Below are positions 26,324 through 35,406 of a stretch of 64,000 nucleotides of DNA, one piece after another. The position numbers and the translations under genes are program-made. A model generated the notes under the pieces. It had not been told where the DNA came from, did no database searches, and saw only the letters and a list, made by a program, of their open reading frames with translations. This stretch comes from Patescibacteria group bacterium. Its GTDB lineage: Bacteria > Patescibacteriota > Patescibacteriia > Patescibacteriales > GWC2-42-12. Positions within the stretch are counted from its first letter, which is position 1. Each line of letters starts with the position of its first letter. Location of the stretch: NCBI GenBank assembly GCA_041662965.1, contig JBAZRI010000001.1, positions 227,680 to 291,679 of the forward strand, written 5' to 3'.

Positions 26324-27145
26324 ATGAAAAAAGTAATCGCGGGTCTCGCGGTGGTATTATCCGCCGCCGTCTTATTAGGCCAGGCCATGGCCACGGAAAA
26401 TAATGTGCCGTATGTTAATATGGAAACCGGCGCGACGGTCGTCGGCGACGAAGAAGGCGGAGTTATCGTTGACCCTGACAGCGAAGAAGTCGTCGTTACC
26501 AACGGCAACGAAACCATAGTCGTTGACGGGAAAAATAACAGCGTGCTGATTAATAACAGCGAGGGAACGCTAATCGTCGGCGGTTGCGCCGCCAATACTT
26601 TATGCGGCCGGATTCTAGGCAATATAGTTTTGCGAGTCCAAAAAAACGGCGAAGCTTATTATGTCAATCCGGTGAAAAAGAGCCTGCATTTTCTCGGCCG
26701 GCCCGACGACGCTTTGGGAGTAATGAAAAAAGAAGGCGTGGGCATCGCGACCAGCGATCTTAAAAAAATTCCTATCGGCTTAAGCCAGTCGTCAGGTCCG
26801 GATGCCGACGGAGACGGCTTGTCGGATTTGATGGAAGACGCGGTTAAGACGGATAAGAATAAAAACGATACTGATAATGACGGCTTTGACGATAAGTCGG
26901 AAATAGCCGGCGGGTATGACCCGGCTAAAGGCGGCGGCGCGAGAATGCAAGTGGAAGCCGGCTTCGCCAAAAAGCAAAAAGGCAAAATTTTTCTCCAAAT
27001 CCAGGACAACGGAGAAGCTTGGTATATTAATACTAAAGATGAAAAAAGATATTTCTTAGGCCGTCCGGCGGACGCTTTTAGCATCATGCGCTTTTTAGGC
27101 GTCGGCATAACCGAGGCGGATTTCGTGAAATTAAGCGTTAAATAA
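26324..27145 (+). CDS. Secreted protein with a duplicated ~50-aa domain and thrombospondin-type-3-like Ca-binding repeats
   Basis: Signal peptide. The duplicated domain is VQKNGEAYYVNP..HFLGRPDDALGVMKKEGVGI versus IQDNGEAWYINT..YFLGRPADAFSIMRFLGVGI. Ca-binding stretch DADGDGLSD..DTDNDGFDD. Confidence 0.55.
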   Translation: MKKVIAGLAVVLSAAVLLGQAMATENNVPYVNMETGATVVGDEEGGVIVDPDSEEVVVTNGNETIVVDGKNNSVLINNSEGTLIVGGCAANTLCGRILGNIVLRVQKNGEAYYVNPVKKSLHFLGRPDDALGVMKKEGVGIATSDLKKIPIGLSQSSGPDADGDGLSDLMEDAVKTDKNKNDTDNDGFDDKSEIAGGYDPAKGGGARMQVEAGFAKKQKGKIFLQIQDNGEAWYINTKDEKRYFLGRPADAFSIMRFLGVGITEADFVKLSVK

Positions 27146-27155
27146 AAATAAAAAT

Positions 27156-27317
27156 ATGGTGAAAAAAATAAAAGTGTCGGTGCCGTTTTTAAAAAACGCG
27201 GCCGGCGCGAATGCCGAAGCGGAAAAGGTGAGGGTAAAAATCATAAGAGCGCCGCTCGTAGACGGGAACGATTTGCGCAACGTTATGTTTTATCGCGCCC
27301 GAGCGGTTGTTCTTTAA
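27156..27317 (+). CDS. Possible small ORF (53 aa), not in the supplied track
   Basis: ATG at 27156 to TAA at 27315-27317, hand-translated with no internal stop (MVKKIKVSVPFLKNAAGANAEAEKVRV...). No family recognised. Confidence 0.2.
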   Translation: MVKKIKVSVPFLKNAAGANAEAEKVRVKIIRAPLVDGNDLRNVMFYRARAVVL

Positions 27318-27369
27318 AGAAACGGGCGGCGCGAGCAGCCGCCACCTTATTAAAATTAGCAGTACTTAA

Positions 27370-28311
27370 ATGCCATACCGACATACTCCAGTAATGTTAA
27401 AAGAAGTTTTAGAATATTTGCGGCCCAGGCCGGGCGGGAATTTTATTGATTGCACGCTCGGCGGCGGCGGCTATACTTTCGCCATAGCCAAAGCCGTAGC
27501 GCCCGGAGGCAAAGTTTTAGCCATAGACTTGGACGAAATGGCTATAAAAAATTGGCAGACGCCTGACCTTGGCCCAAGATTTAATAATATAATAATCGCC
27601 CATGACAATTTTAAAAATTTACAGAAAATTGTTGAAGAATACTTTGAAGCAGGCGCCAAATTTAATGGCATTGTATTTGATTTGGGGCTATCATCAGCTC
27701 AACTCGAAGATAGGGCTAGAGGATTTTCTTTCAGCTTGGCTGGCGCGCCGCTAAGCATGAACTTCGGCCAAACAGGGGAGACGGCTGAAAATATCATTAA
27801 TAGCCGGAGCGCGGAAGATTTAGCTAAAATATTCAAAGATTACGGCGAGGAAAAGTTCGCTTATAAAGTCGCCTTAGCCATAGCCGAAGAGCGCCGGACG
27901 GGGAGAATCACAACGACAGATCAGCTGGTTAAAATTATTTTAAGCGCCATACCAAAAAGGTTTCAATCAAAAATACATCCGGCCACAAAAATTTTTCAAG
28001 CCTTGCGCATCGCCGTTAACCGGGAACTAGAAAATTTGCGAGCGGTTTTGCCTCAGGCAGTCAGTTTATTAAAGCCGGGCGGGAAATTAATAGTTATTTC
28101 TTACCATAGCTTAGAGGATAGGATCGTTAAACAATATTTCAGGCAAGAGTCAAAAGATTGCCTCTGTCCGCCGGTGGCGCCGATCTGCCAATGCGGCCAT
28201 AAAGCCAGTTTAAAAATATTAACTCATCCGATTTTAAGGCCGACCGGGGAGGAGGTCTTAAAAAATCCTAAAGCCAGAAGCGCTAAGCTAAGAGCGATAA
28301 TAAAGATATAG
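27370..28311 (+). CDS. rsmH: 16S rRNA (cytosine1402-N4)-methyltransferase RsmH
   Basis: HTPVMLKEVLEYL, DCTLGGGGY, DLGLSS.Q, ISYHSLEDRIVK. Confidence 0.95.
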   Translation: MPYRHTPVMLKEVLEYLRPRPGGNFIDCTLGGGGYTFAIAKAVAPGGKVLAIDLDEMAIKNWQTPDLGPRFNNIIIAHDNFKNLQKIVEEYFEAGAKFNGIVFDLGLSSAQLEDRARGFSFSLAGAPLSMNFGQTGETAENIINSRSAEDLAKIFKDYGEEKFAYKVALAIAEERRTGRITTTDQLVKIILSAIPKRFQSKIHPATKIFQALRIAVNRELENLRAVLPQAVSLLKPGGKLIVISYHSLEDRIVKQYFRQESKDCLCPPVAPICQCGHKASLKILTHPILRPTGEEVLKNPKARSAKLRAIIKI

Positions 28312-28367
28312 AAAATTTCCTGAATTTAGTCCAAGCTGATAGTAAAATATAAAAATAAAAAATAAAT

Positions 28368-28685
28368 ATGGAAAAAACAAATAACAAAATCGGAAAAAAA
28401 ATATTCAATTTGAAAAATTTTAACAAAGCCATATTTTTTGCTATGATTGTTTTGTCGCTTTATTACATCGCCGGCGTTAATGATTTATCCATAAAAGGCT
28501 TTGCTTTAAGCGAATTAAAACAGCAAAAAAATAAATTAGTTGAAGCTAACAACAAGCTTGAGCTTAAGGCCTTAACTTCAAGCTCATATTCAAATATTAA
28601 AGAAAAAATCAGCGATTTAAAAATGGTGGCGGTCGGAGAAGTAAGCTATATAACCGCCGGAGCCGAGGTGGTGGCGAAAAAATAA
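28368..28685 (+). CDS. FtsL-like small membrane / coiled-coil division protein
   Basis: Position between rsmH and ftsI, a single TM (AIFFAMIVLSLYYIAGV), then a coiled coil. Confidence 0.45.
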   Translation: MEKTNNKIGKKIFNLKNFNKAIFFAMIVLSLYYIAGVNDLSIKGFALSELKQQKNKLVEANNKLELKALTSSSYSNIKEKISDLKMVAVGEVSYITAGAEVVAKK

Positions 28686-28708
28686 GAGAGATTGTAATTT
28701 AGCGATTT

Positions 28709-30790
28709 ATGTCGTTTTGGAAAAAAAGACAAAACAGCGGTGGTAAAATAAATAATAGTCGCATTAATTTAATAATTGCGATTGTTTTTTTATTGGCCGG
28801 AGTTATTATTTACAGATTAATTGATCTGCAGATATTAAATTATGATTTATATTACAGCTTAGCCTCGGATCAGCATCAAATCTATAATCTTTTAAGTCCG
28901 ACTCGCGGCCGGATTTTTATTCAAAATGACGTTAAGAGCGCCGATAACCGGCTTTATCCCATCGCCACCAATAAAAATTTCGCCTTGCTTTTCGCCGTGC
29001 CCAAAGACATAAAAGGCGTAAAAGAAGCCGAGAGGATCAGCGAACAGCTTTATGTGATTTTCAAAAAAGAGAAAATTGAGCAAGAAGTTGAGGAGATTTT
29101 CATAAAAGAAGACGCTGATAATCTAAGCGCCCAGCTTAAAGCTTTAGGCGATATAAAAGACGAAGCCGGCAAGATTAAAGAAGCGGAAATAATCGCTCGG
29201 CATCAAGCCATCCAATCCGATAAATCATTTCAAGATATAAGGCAAGTTAGGCGGGAAGCGGAAATTAATTTGAGGAAAAAAGAAATTATCGGCGCCTATT
29301 TAAAAAAGCTTGATAAGCCGGGCGATATTTATGAACCGCTTGAGCAAAAAGTTGACGAGGCGGTTTTAAAAAATTTCTATCTGGCCGCCGGCCGGCCGGT
29401 TGATGATGTAAAGATTGAAGATTTGGAAGTTGACGGCAATACGATGGTTATTTTAAACCATGAAGCAGAAAAAGAATTAAAAATAGACGGCATTGGTTTT
29501 TCCGAAAGTTCATTTCGTTTTTACCCCGAAGGCAATATCGGCTCTAACATCTTAGGCTTTGTCGGCTACGCGGGCGATAAGCTAGAGGGCCGGTATGGCC
29601 TTGAAGGATTTTTTGATCAAGAGCTTACCGGCTCTCCGGGCTCAATAAAGATTGAGCGCGACGCCAAAGGCTACCCGATAATTATTAATGACCGCGAATA
29701 CAATAAGGCGGACGACGGCAGCGATTTAATTTTAACCATTAACCGGTCTATCCAGTTTATGGCTTGCCAAAAATTAAATGAAGCGGTTAAGAGGCATGGC
29801 GCCGACGGCGGCAGCGTCATAATTTTAGAGCCTGATACCGGAGCGGTTTTGGCCATGTGCTCAAGCCCTGATTATGACGGCAATAATTTTCAAGAAACCA
29901 AAGATATTAAGGATTTTACCAATCCGGCGATTTTCTCCCAATACGAGCCCGGCTCAATTTTTAAAGTCATCACCATGGCTATGGCTTTAGACCGGGAAAA
30001 GATAACCCCGCAAACTACCTACGACGACACCGGGCAGGTTATAATTTCCAAATATAAAATAGAAAATTCCGACCATAAGGCCAACGGCGTGCAAACTATG
30101 TCCGAGGTGCTGGAAAAATCTTTAAATACCGGCGCTATTTTCGCTATGAGAGCCATCGGGCCTGATTTATTTTCCGAATACGTGAAAAAATTCGGTTTTG
30201 GCGAAAAAACCGGCATTGAGCTTGAAGGCGAAAGCAAAGGCGATATAAAAAATTTAATAAAAAAACCCGTGGGCGAGCTTTACGCGGCTACAGCTTCCTT
30301 CGGCCAAGGCATGGCGGTTACGCCAATACAAATAGCTGCGGCCTTTTTAGCTTTAGCTAATAATGGCATAATGATGCAGCCTTATATTGTTAAAGAAATA
30401 ATCAAGCCTGACGGCGCTAAAATTGAAACCAAGCCTAAAATAGTCGGCCGGGTAGTTTCGGAAAAGGCCACTGTTATTTTAGGCGGCATGATGGTTAATG
30501 TGGTAGAAAAGGGCCATGGTAAATTGGCCGGCGTTAAAGGCTATTACGTCGCCGGGAAAACCGGTACGGCCCAGGTTCCGGCGAAAAACGGCGGCTATCA
30601 GGCCGGCGCCCATATCGGCTCTTTCGCCGGTTATGCTCCGGTCGATAATCCGAAATTCGTCATGCTGGTCAGAATTGACCAGCCGCGAGACGTTGAATGG
30701 GCGGAAAGCTCGGCCGCGCCTTTATTTGGCGAATTGGCTGAATATATGCTAAATTATTGGCAGGTGCCTAAGGAAAGAAACATCAATTAA
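28709..30790 (+). CDS. ftsI: Penicillin-binding protein 2 / FtsI-type transpeptidase
   Basis: N-terminal TM. SxxK (GSIFK), SxN (SLN) and KTG (GKTGTA) motifs. Contains an extra ~120-aa charged, coiled-coil-like insertion in the N-terminal domain. Confidence 0.9.
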   Translation: MSFWKKRQNSGGKINNSRINLIIAIVFLLAGVIIYRLIDLQILNYDLYYSLASDQHQIYNLLSPTRGRIFIQNDVKSADNRLYPIATNKNFALLFAVPKDIKGVKEAERISEQLYVIFKKEKIEQEVEEIFIKEDADNLSAQLKALGDIKDEAGKIKEAEIIARHQAIQSDKSFQDIRQVRREAEINLRKKEIIGAYLKKLDKPGDIYEPLEQKVDEAVLKNFYLAAGRPVDDVKIEDLEVDGNTMVILNHEAEKELKIDGIGFSESSFRFYPEGNIGSNILGFVGYAGDKLEGRYGLEGFFDQELTGSPGSIKIERDAKGYPIIINDREYNKADDGSDLILTINRSIQFMACQKLNEAVKRHGADGGSVIILEPDTGAVLAMCSSPDYDGNNFQETKDIKDFTNPAIFSQYEPGSIFKVITMAMALDREKITPQTTYDDTGQVIISKYKIENSDHKANGVQTMSEVLEKSLNTGAIFAMRAIGPDLFSEYVKKFGFGEKTGIELEGESKGDIKNLIKKPVGELYAATASFGQGMAVTPIQIAAAFLALANNGIMMQPYIVKEIIKPDGAKIETKPKIVGRVVSEKATVILGGMMVNVVEKGHGKLAGVKGYYVAGKTGTAQVPAKNGGYQAGAHIGSFAGYAPVDNPKFVMLVRIDQPRDVEWAESSAAPLFGELAEYMLNYWQVPKERNIN

Positions 30791-30890
30791 AATAATGAAT
30801 AATCTTGAGATTTTAAAGAATAAAAATAAAAATTACATTCCCAAATTTTCAATTACCAATTACCAATTTTCAAATAAAATGCAAATACAT

Positions 30891-32186
30891 ATGAAATCAT
30901 TAACGCAAAAAATTTTAAAAATATTGGCCGGATTGATTTTAAAAAAATACCGGCCGGAAATTATCGGCATTACCGGCAGTGTCGGCAAGACCGGAGCTAA
31001 AGAAGCGATCTATGTAGTGCTCAATGCTAAGTTTAATGTGCGCCGCAGTTTAAAAAATTATAATAACGAAATCGGCGTGCCGCTTACTATTATCGGCGCG
31101 GCCTCGCCGGCTAAATCAATTTTCGGCTGGATGCAAGTTTTTTTCTTGGCAATTAAGCTATTAATAAAGCCGGATGAAAATTATCCTAAAATATTAATTT
31201 TAGAAATGGCCGCGGATAAGCCCGGCGATATGAGCTATTTAACCGGTATGGTTAAGCCGAATATCGGAGTTTTAACTTCAATCGGCGATTCTCATATTGA
31301 AAATTTTGGCAGCCAGGAAAGAATTAAGCAAGAAAAATCTGTTTTAATTAAAACGATTGACCGCCAAGGCTGGGCGGTTTTGAATATTGATGATCAGCGG
31401 ATCGCGCCTCTTGTTAAAGAGGCTAAGGCAAAAGTTTTAACTTATGCCATAGATAATCAAGCTGACTTTTCCGGCAAGGAAATAAGATTAGTGTTCGTTC
31501 CTTCGCTTAGCGAAAAAGACAAATTAGGTATGAATTTTAAATTGCTTAATAACGGTTCTTTCGCGCCGGTCTTTTTGCCCAATGTAATCAGCAAGGCCGG
31601 AGTCTATGCCGCGCTGGCTGCCGCGGCCGTTGGCGTGGCTAAAGGCCTGAATTTGGTAGAAATCAGCCAAGCGCTGAATAAATATTCACCGCCGAACGGC
31701 AGAATGAAATTGCTTTTAGGCGTAAAAGGCACTTATATAATTGACGATACTTATAATGCTTCTCCGGCCGCTTCTATTTTAGCCATTGAAACTTTGGCCG
31801 TCATCCCTAAAAAAGGTGGGGAAAATAAATACGCGGTTTTAGGCGATATGCTGGAGTTAGGTGAATTCACTAAAGCCAAGCACCAAGAAGTCGGCCGAGC
31901 GGTGGTAAAAAATAAAATTGATAAATTAATCGTCGTGGGGGAGAGATCGCGCGATATCGCCCGCGGCGCTTTAAATTCAGGCATGAGCCAAGATGATATT
32001 TTTCATTTTGCCGCCACCGATGAAGCCGGTAAATTTATCCAGGAAAGGATTAAAACCGGTGATCTGATTTTAGTCAAAGGCTCGCAGGGCGCTCGCATGG
32101 AAAAAGTAGTGAAAGAAATTATGGCCGAACCGTTGAGAGCGAAAGAATTATTAGTCAGGCAAGGTGAAGAATGGGAGAATAAATAG
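30891..32186 (+). CDS. murF: UDP-N-acetylmuramoyl-tripeptide--D-alanyl-D-alanine ligase MurF
   Basis: GITGSVGKTGAKE P-loop, NYNNEIGVPLT, DDTYNASP. The tracked start (30795) adds residues encoded by the low-complexity attaccaattaccaat repeat; the ATG at 30879 or 30891 is preferred. Confidence 0.9.
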   Translation: MKSLTQKILKILAGLILKKYRPEIIGITGSVGKTGAKEAIYVVLNAKFNVRRSLKNYNNEIGVPLTIIGAASPAKSIFGWMQVFFLAIKLLIKPDENYPKILILEMAADKPGDMSYLTGMVKPNIGVLTSIGDSHIENFGSQERIKQEKSVLIKTIDRQGWAVLNIDDQRIAPLVKEAKAKVLTYAIDNQADFSGKEIRLVFVPSLSEKDKLGMNFKLLNNGSFAPVFLPNVISKAGVYAALAAAAVGVAKGLNLVEISQALNKYSPPNGRMKLLLGVKGTYIIDDTYNASPAASILAIETLAVIPKKGGENKYAVLGDMLELGEFTKAKHQEVGRAVVKNKIDKLIVVGERSRDIARGALNSGMSQDDIFHFAATDEAGKFIQERIKTGDLILVKGSQGARMEKVVKEIMAEPLRAKELLVRQGEEWENK

Positions 32187-32220
32187 CATGGCGTGTTTTT
32201 TAAAATTAATATTATAAAAA

Positions 32221-32250
32221 CACCTCCGAAGAAACTCGGAGGTGTTTTTT
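32221..32250 (+). terminator. Rho-independent terminator of murF
   Basis: CACCTCCGA-agaaa-CTCGGAGGTG followed by tttttt. Confidence 0.8.
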
Positions 32251-32252
32251 AG

Positions 32253-32324
32253 TACCGCTACGGGGAATCGAACCCCGATTACCAGGATGAGAACCTGGCG
32301 TCCTAACCGTTAGACGATAGCGGC
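32253..32324 (-). tRNA. tRNA-Glu (anticodon CTC)
   Basis: The reverse complement folds as acceptor GCCGCTA/TAGCGGT, anticodon stem CCAGG/CCTGG with loop TTCTCAT, and T-arm CGGGG-TTCGATT-CCCCG. Confidence 0.85.
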
Positions 32325-32458
32325 ATATTTACTTCGTTAAATATATCAATAAAATTAAAAATTTAATTTGCCTTAGATTAAGCGTTTATTTAACGGAGTT
32401 AACTTATTATTAACACATTATACACATAAAATCAGCCAGTTATCAATAGTTTTTCCTC

Positions 32459-32620
32459 TTGACTGATTTAACTAAGCGCGCCTAAACTGAAATTAGAGTT
32501 AGAGTGCGGATCAGTCTGCATTTTAACAATGCCTGCCGTCATAAGTATTCATATACGAAAAACGGCAACGCATGGGGATTGAAGCGCCTGCATATGCATA
32601 ATGTGCTGGCGCTTTGTTTT
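32459..32620 (+). ncRNA. Candidate small RNA transcription unit (promoter-like TTGACT, 18-nt spacer, TAAACT; internal hairpins; terminator)
   Basis: GCCGT..ACGGC hairpin (32535-32565). AGCGCC-tgcatatgcataatgtgct-GGCGCT followed by ttgtttt. No plus-strand CDS downstream. No RNA family recognised. Confidence 0.3.
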
Positions 32621-32628
32621 ATAGGATT

Positions 32629-32670
32629 AAACGGCTAGCTTATAAAATTATTTTATAAGCTAGCCGTTTT
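32629..32670. terminator. Long perfect hairpin downstream of fmt; reads as hairpin plus TTTT on the plus strand
   Basis: AACGGCTAGCTTATAAAAT / ATTTTATAAGCTAGCCGTT followed by tttt. Confidence 0.65.
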
Positions 32671-32671
32671 A

Positions 32672-33607
32672 TTATCCCAATATATTGCCAATAAAATCTT
32701 TATGGCCTCGCAAGAATTCTTCGCTGGCTAGCGCGTTTTTTCCTTCAAGCTGCAAACTTTTTATAATTAAAGCGTCCCGGCCGCATTGCACGGCCAAGCC
32801 GCTGTTGTATTTAAAAGTTTTGCCCGGCTTATAAGAATTTATTTCTATAGGCTGATTTTGCGCGGAAATTATTTTAATTTGTTTGCCGTCCCACCAAGTC
32901 CAGGCCATGGGCCAGGGATTCATGGCTCTAATAAATTTTTCCAGATGCGCTGCCGGTTTTGACCAATTGATTAAACCGTCGCCCTTAGTTAAGGCTTTGG
33001 CGTAGCTGGCCTGGCTGGAATCTTGCGCTTTCGGCGTGATTTTTCCGGCTAAATATTTTTTGATCGCGGCAATCAGAAAATCCGCGCTTACTTCCGATAA
33101 TTTGTCATATAATGTTCCGGCCGTATCTTCATCGCTAATGTTAATCGCGGTTTGCGCTAAAATCGCTCCGGTATCTAAGCCTTTATCCATTTTTATTATG
33201 GTTAAACCGGTCTCTACGTCGCCGTTTAAGATAGCGGCCTGAATTATGGCCGCGCCCCGGTATTTAGGCAGAAGCGAAGCATGCAGATTTAGGCAGCCGT
33301 ATTTCGGCAGATTCAAAATTTCTTCAGGTATAAGCTGCGCGTAAGCCGCTACGATAATTAAATCGGGTTTTAGCAAAAGAATTTTATCTCTGATATCTAT
33401 AATATGCTCCGGCTGTAAAACCGTAATATTTTTTTTCTCGGCCGCGATTTTTATGGGCGAAGACGTTATTATTTGTTTTCTGCCCGTTGGCCTGTCCGGC
33501 TGGGTAATTGCTAAGACTATTTCAAAGTCGTTGTCTTTTATTAAAGCCTCAAACCCGGGTAAACCGAATTCGGCAGTGCCGATGAAGATTGTTTTAGTTT
33601 TATTCAT
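32672..33607 (-). CDS. fmt: Methionyl-tRNA formyltransferase
   Basis: IFIGTAEFG, ITQPDRPTGRKQ, NLHASLLPKYRGAAIIQAAI. Confidence 0.95.
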   Translation of the reverse strand: MNKTKTIFIGTAEFGLPGFEALIKDNDFEIVLAITQPDRPTGRKQIITSSPIKIAAEKKNITVLQPEHIIDIRDKILLLKPDLIIVAAYAQLIPEEILNLPKYGCLNLHASLLPKYRGAAIIQAAILNGDVETGLTIIKMDKGLDTGAILAQTAINISDEDTAGTLYDKLSEVSADFLIAAIKKYLAGKITPKAQDSSQASYAKALTKGDGLINWSKPAAHLEKFIRAMNPWPMAWTWWDGKQIKIISAQNQPIEINSYKPGKTFKYNSGLAVQCGRDALIIKSLQLEGKNALASEEFLRGHKDFIGNILG

Positions 33608-34085
33608 TTTTGTTTTTTAATTTTTCATTTTCTATCTCTACCGCCTTGTCAATAAAAAGTATTCCGTCAAGATGATCAATCTCATGCTGTATCACCCGAG
33701 CCATCATGCCGACGGCGGTAAGTTTGGTTTTTTTGCCGTCTTTATCCGTATAAGTTAAGCTGATTTTTTTGTGCCTTTTAACTTTGCCGAAAACTCCGGG
33801 TATGGATAAGCAGCCTTCTTGCCCTATTTCGCGCGCCCAGGATTTTTTAGTGAATTTGGGGTTTATCAAGCAGAAAACTCCGTCTTTGGAATTAATGACG
33901 GCCAATCTGATATTCTTCCCAATTTGCGGAGCGGCCAAGCCAACGCCGTCGGTTTTAAGCATGGTTTTATCCATGGCGGAAATAAGGTTTTTAAATTCGC
34001 GGCTTTTTATAGCTTCCGGGCTTATTTCAATTGATTTTTTCCTTAAAATCTGGTTGGGCTGAGTTATTATTTTTAGTATTGGCAT
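33600..34085 (-). CDS. def: Peptide deformylase
   Basis: GVGLAAPQIG, EGCLSIPG, QHEIDHLDG. Confidence 0.95.
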   Translation of the reverse strand: MPILKIITQPNQILRKKSIEISPEAIKSREFKNLISAMDKTMLKTDGVGLAAPQIGKNIRLAVINSKDGVFCLINPKFTKKSWAREIGQEGCLSIPGVFGKVKRHKKISLTYTDKDGKKTKLTAVGMMARVIQHEIDHLDGILFIDKAVEIENEKLKNKNE

Positions 34086-34116
34086 GTTATAAATGATAAA
34101 TTATTAATACTCTTTC

Positions 34117-34247
34117 TGTCATTGCGAGGAGACTTGTAATCAAGTCGACGAAGCAATCTCTGGTTAAGTTCAGAGTACGTGAGATTGTGAAGTTTATCCC
34201 GAGCGATAGCAAGGGACCTGCATTCCTTTCAGTCGCTCGCAATGACA
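34117..34247. repeat. TGTCAT-hairpin palindromic element, ORF-less copy in a divergent promoter region
   Basis: TGTCATTGCGAGGAGACTTGTAATCAAGTCGACGAAGCAATCTC ... GAGATTGTGAAG ... CAGTCGCTCGCAATGACA. Confidence 0.8.
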
Positions 34248-34291
34248 ATAATAGTTGATATTAACAAATAGATGAAATTTTAGCAATAGTT

Positions 34292-34300
34292 TGTTATACT
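34292..34300 (+). promoter_or_regulatory. Extended -10 box (TGtTATACT) 6 nt upstream of the ATG at 34307 (leaderless-type spacing)
   Basis: tgttatact then taatat then ATG. Confidence 0.4.
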
Positions 34301-34306
34301 TAATAT

Positions 34307-34603
34307 ATGCAAACAAACAAAGGCATGGAAAAATTAGGCGATTTATTTATGGAAGGGTCAAAAAACCAGCGCTTGCGGCCTAAAGCGCCGGCTTATGCTT
34401 GGCAGGATTTGGCTTTAGAGGTAATTAAAGAATTAAACATTCCGGATTTTAAAAGAAGCGCGGTTTTTAGAGTATGTAAACTAAAGCCAAGAGTTTATAT
34501 TGAAAAATGTTTAAATGACACTAAAGAATTATGCCATACCGGCGAGAAGTGGAAATATTTTTTTAAAGTCGCGGCCGGCGGAGCTAAAAGTAAAAAGTTA
34601 TAA
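34307..34603 (+). CDS. Hypothetical protein (98 aa)
   Basis: ORF with a plausible promoter; no family recognised. Confidence 0.4.
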   Translation: MQTNKGMEKLGDLFMEGSKNQRLRPKAPAYAWQDLALEVIKELNIPDFKRSAVFRVCKLKPRVYIEKCLNDTKELCHTGEKWKYFFKVAAGGAKSKKL

Positions 34604-35386
34604 TTTAAAATTCATCGTTAAATAACCGACGCCGAAAGGCGCTTCGTATGATAAAAGCTGGGGTTCATATTTTATAACCTCTATAATGCCAAGCAAGATA
34701 ACGATTGATTTTAAGCCGCATTCGCCCGCGTCAGCGATTAATTCCGGTTTGAATTTTATTATTTCATTGGTTTGTTTTTTAAGCAAACAATCAATTAGCT
34801 TTTTATCAAATTTTTTTCCTTTAGGGCTAAAGCCGGCCGGGGCGTTTTTGCTTAACCTATGCGAAAGGTCGCCGGAAGCGATTAGGGCGATACGGGTGCT
34901 TGAGCTTAATAGTTCATTTTTTAATATCTGGCCGAAATTATAATGAGCGGCTAAACTCAATCCCGAATAATAAAGCGGGATTATTTTTATTTTTGGCAAG
35001 TGCCGGGTTAAATGATAGAGGGGGATTGAGGCGCCGTGGTCAAGCTTGGTTTCGCTAATAAGCTGGAGCGGGGCCTTAGTCTCTAATTTTTCTCTGATTT
35101 TATGGGCTAAGCCGATATCGCCGTTTAGATTAAATTTAGTCGTTAAATCGCCGAAGTCTTTAAAATCACCCGTGAATTCAGGGCTTAAGTTAATAGTGAA
35201 AGCTTCTTCCTGCAGATGGCCGTGCGGAGAAATGATAATGATAGTTTCCGCCTGCGAAGCATATAAATCTTGCTCTAATTCCAAATATGAATCAGAAGTG
35301 GCTTTAAGCTGATTGATATTTTCTTTGCCGATGGTCGGTATAAGAATGGGCGGGTGAGGGACAATAGCGGAAAAGACAATAGACAT
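34598..35386 (-). CDS. Class III extradiol dioxygenase (LigB) / Memo-related family protein
   Basis: N-terminal AIVPHPPILIP, IIIISPHGH, DHGASIPLY, SGDLSHRL. Confidence 0.6.
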   Translation of the reverse strand: MSIVFSAIVPHPPILIPTIGKENINQLKATSDSYLELEQDLYASQAETIIIISPHGHLQEEAFTINLSPEFTGDFKDFGDLTTKFNLNGDIGLAHKIREKLETKAPLQLISETKLDHGASIPLYHLTRHLPKIKIIPLYYSGLSLAAHYNFGQILKNELLSSSTRIALIASGDLSHRLSKNAPAGFSPKGKKFDKKLIDCLLKKQTNEIIKFKPELIADAGECGLKSIVILLGIIEVIKYEPQLLSYEAPFGVGYLTMNFKL

Positions 35387-35406
35387 ATAGTTAATGATTA
35401 AAATAT

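Noticed and set aside
30795-30890. A 32-aa N-terminal extension of MurF (MNNLEILKNKNKNYIPKFSITNYQFSNK...).
   Set aside because: It is encoded by an AT-rich low-complexity repeat tract. MurF homology begins after the internal Met codons at 30879 and 30891.
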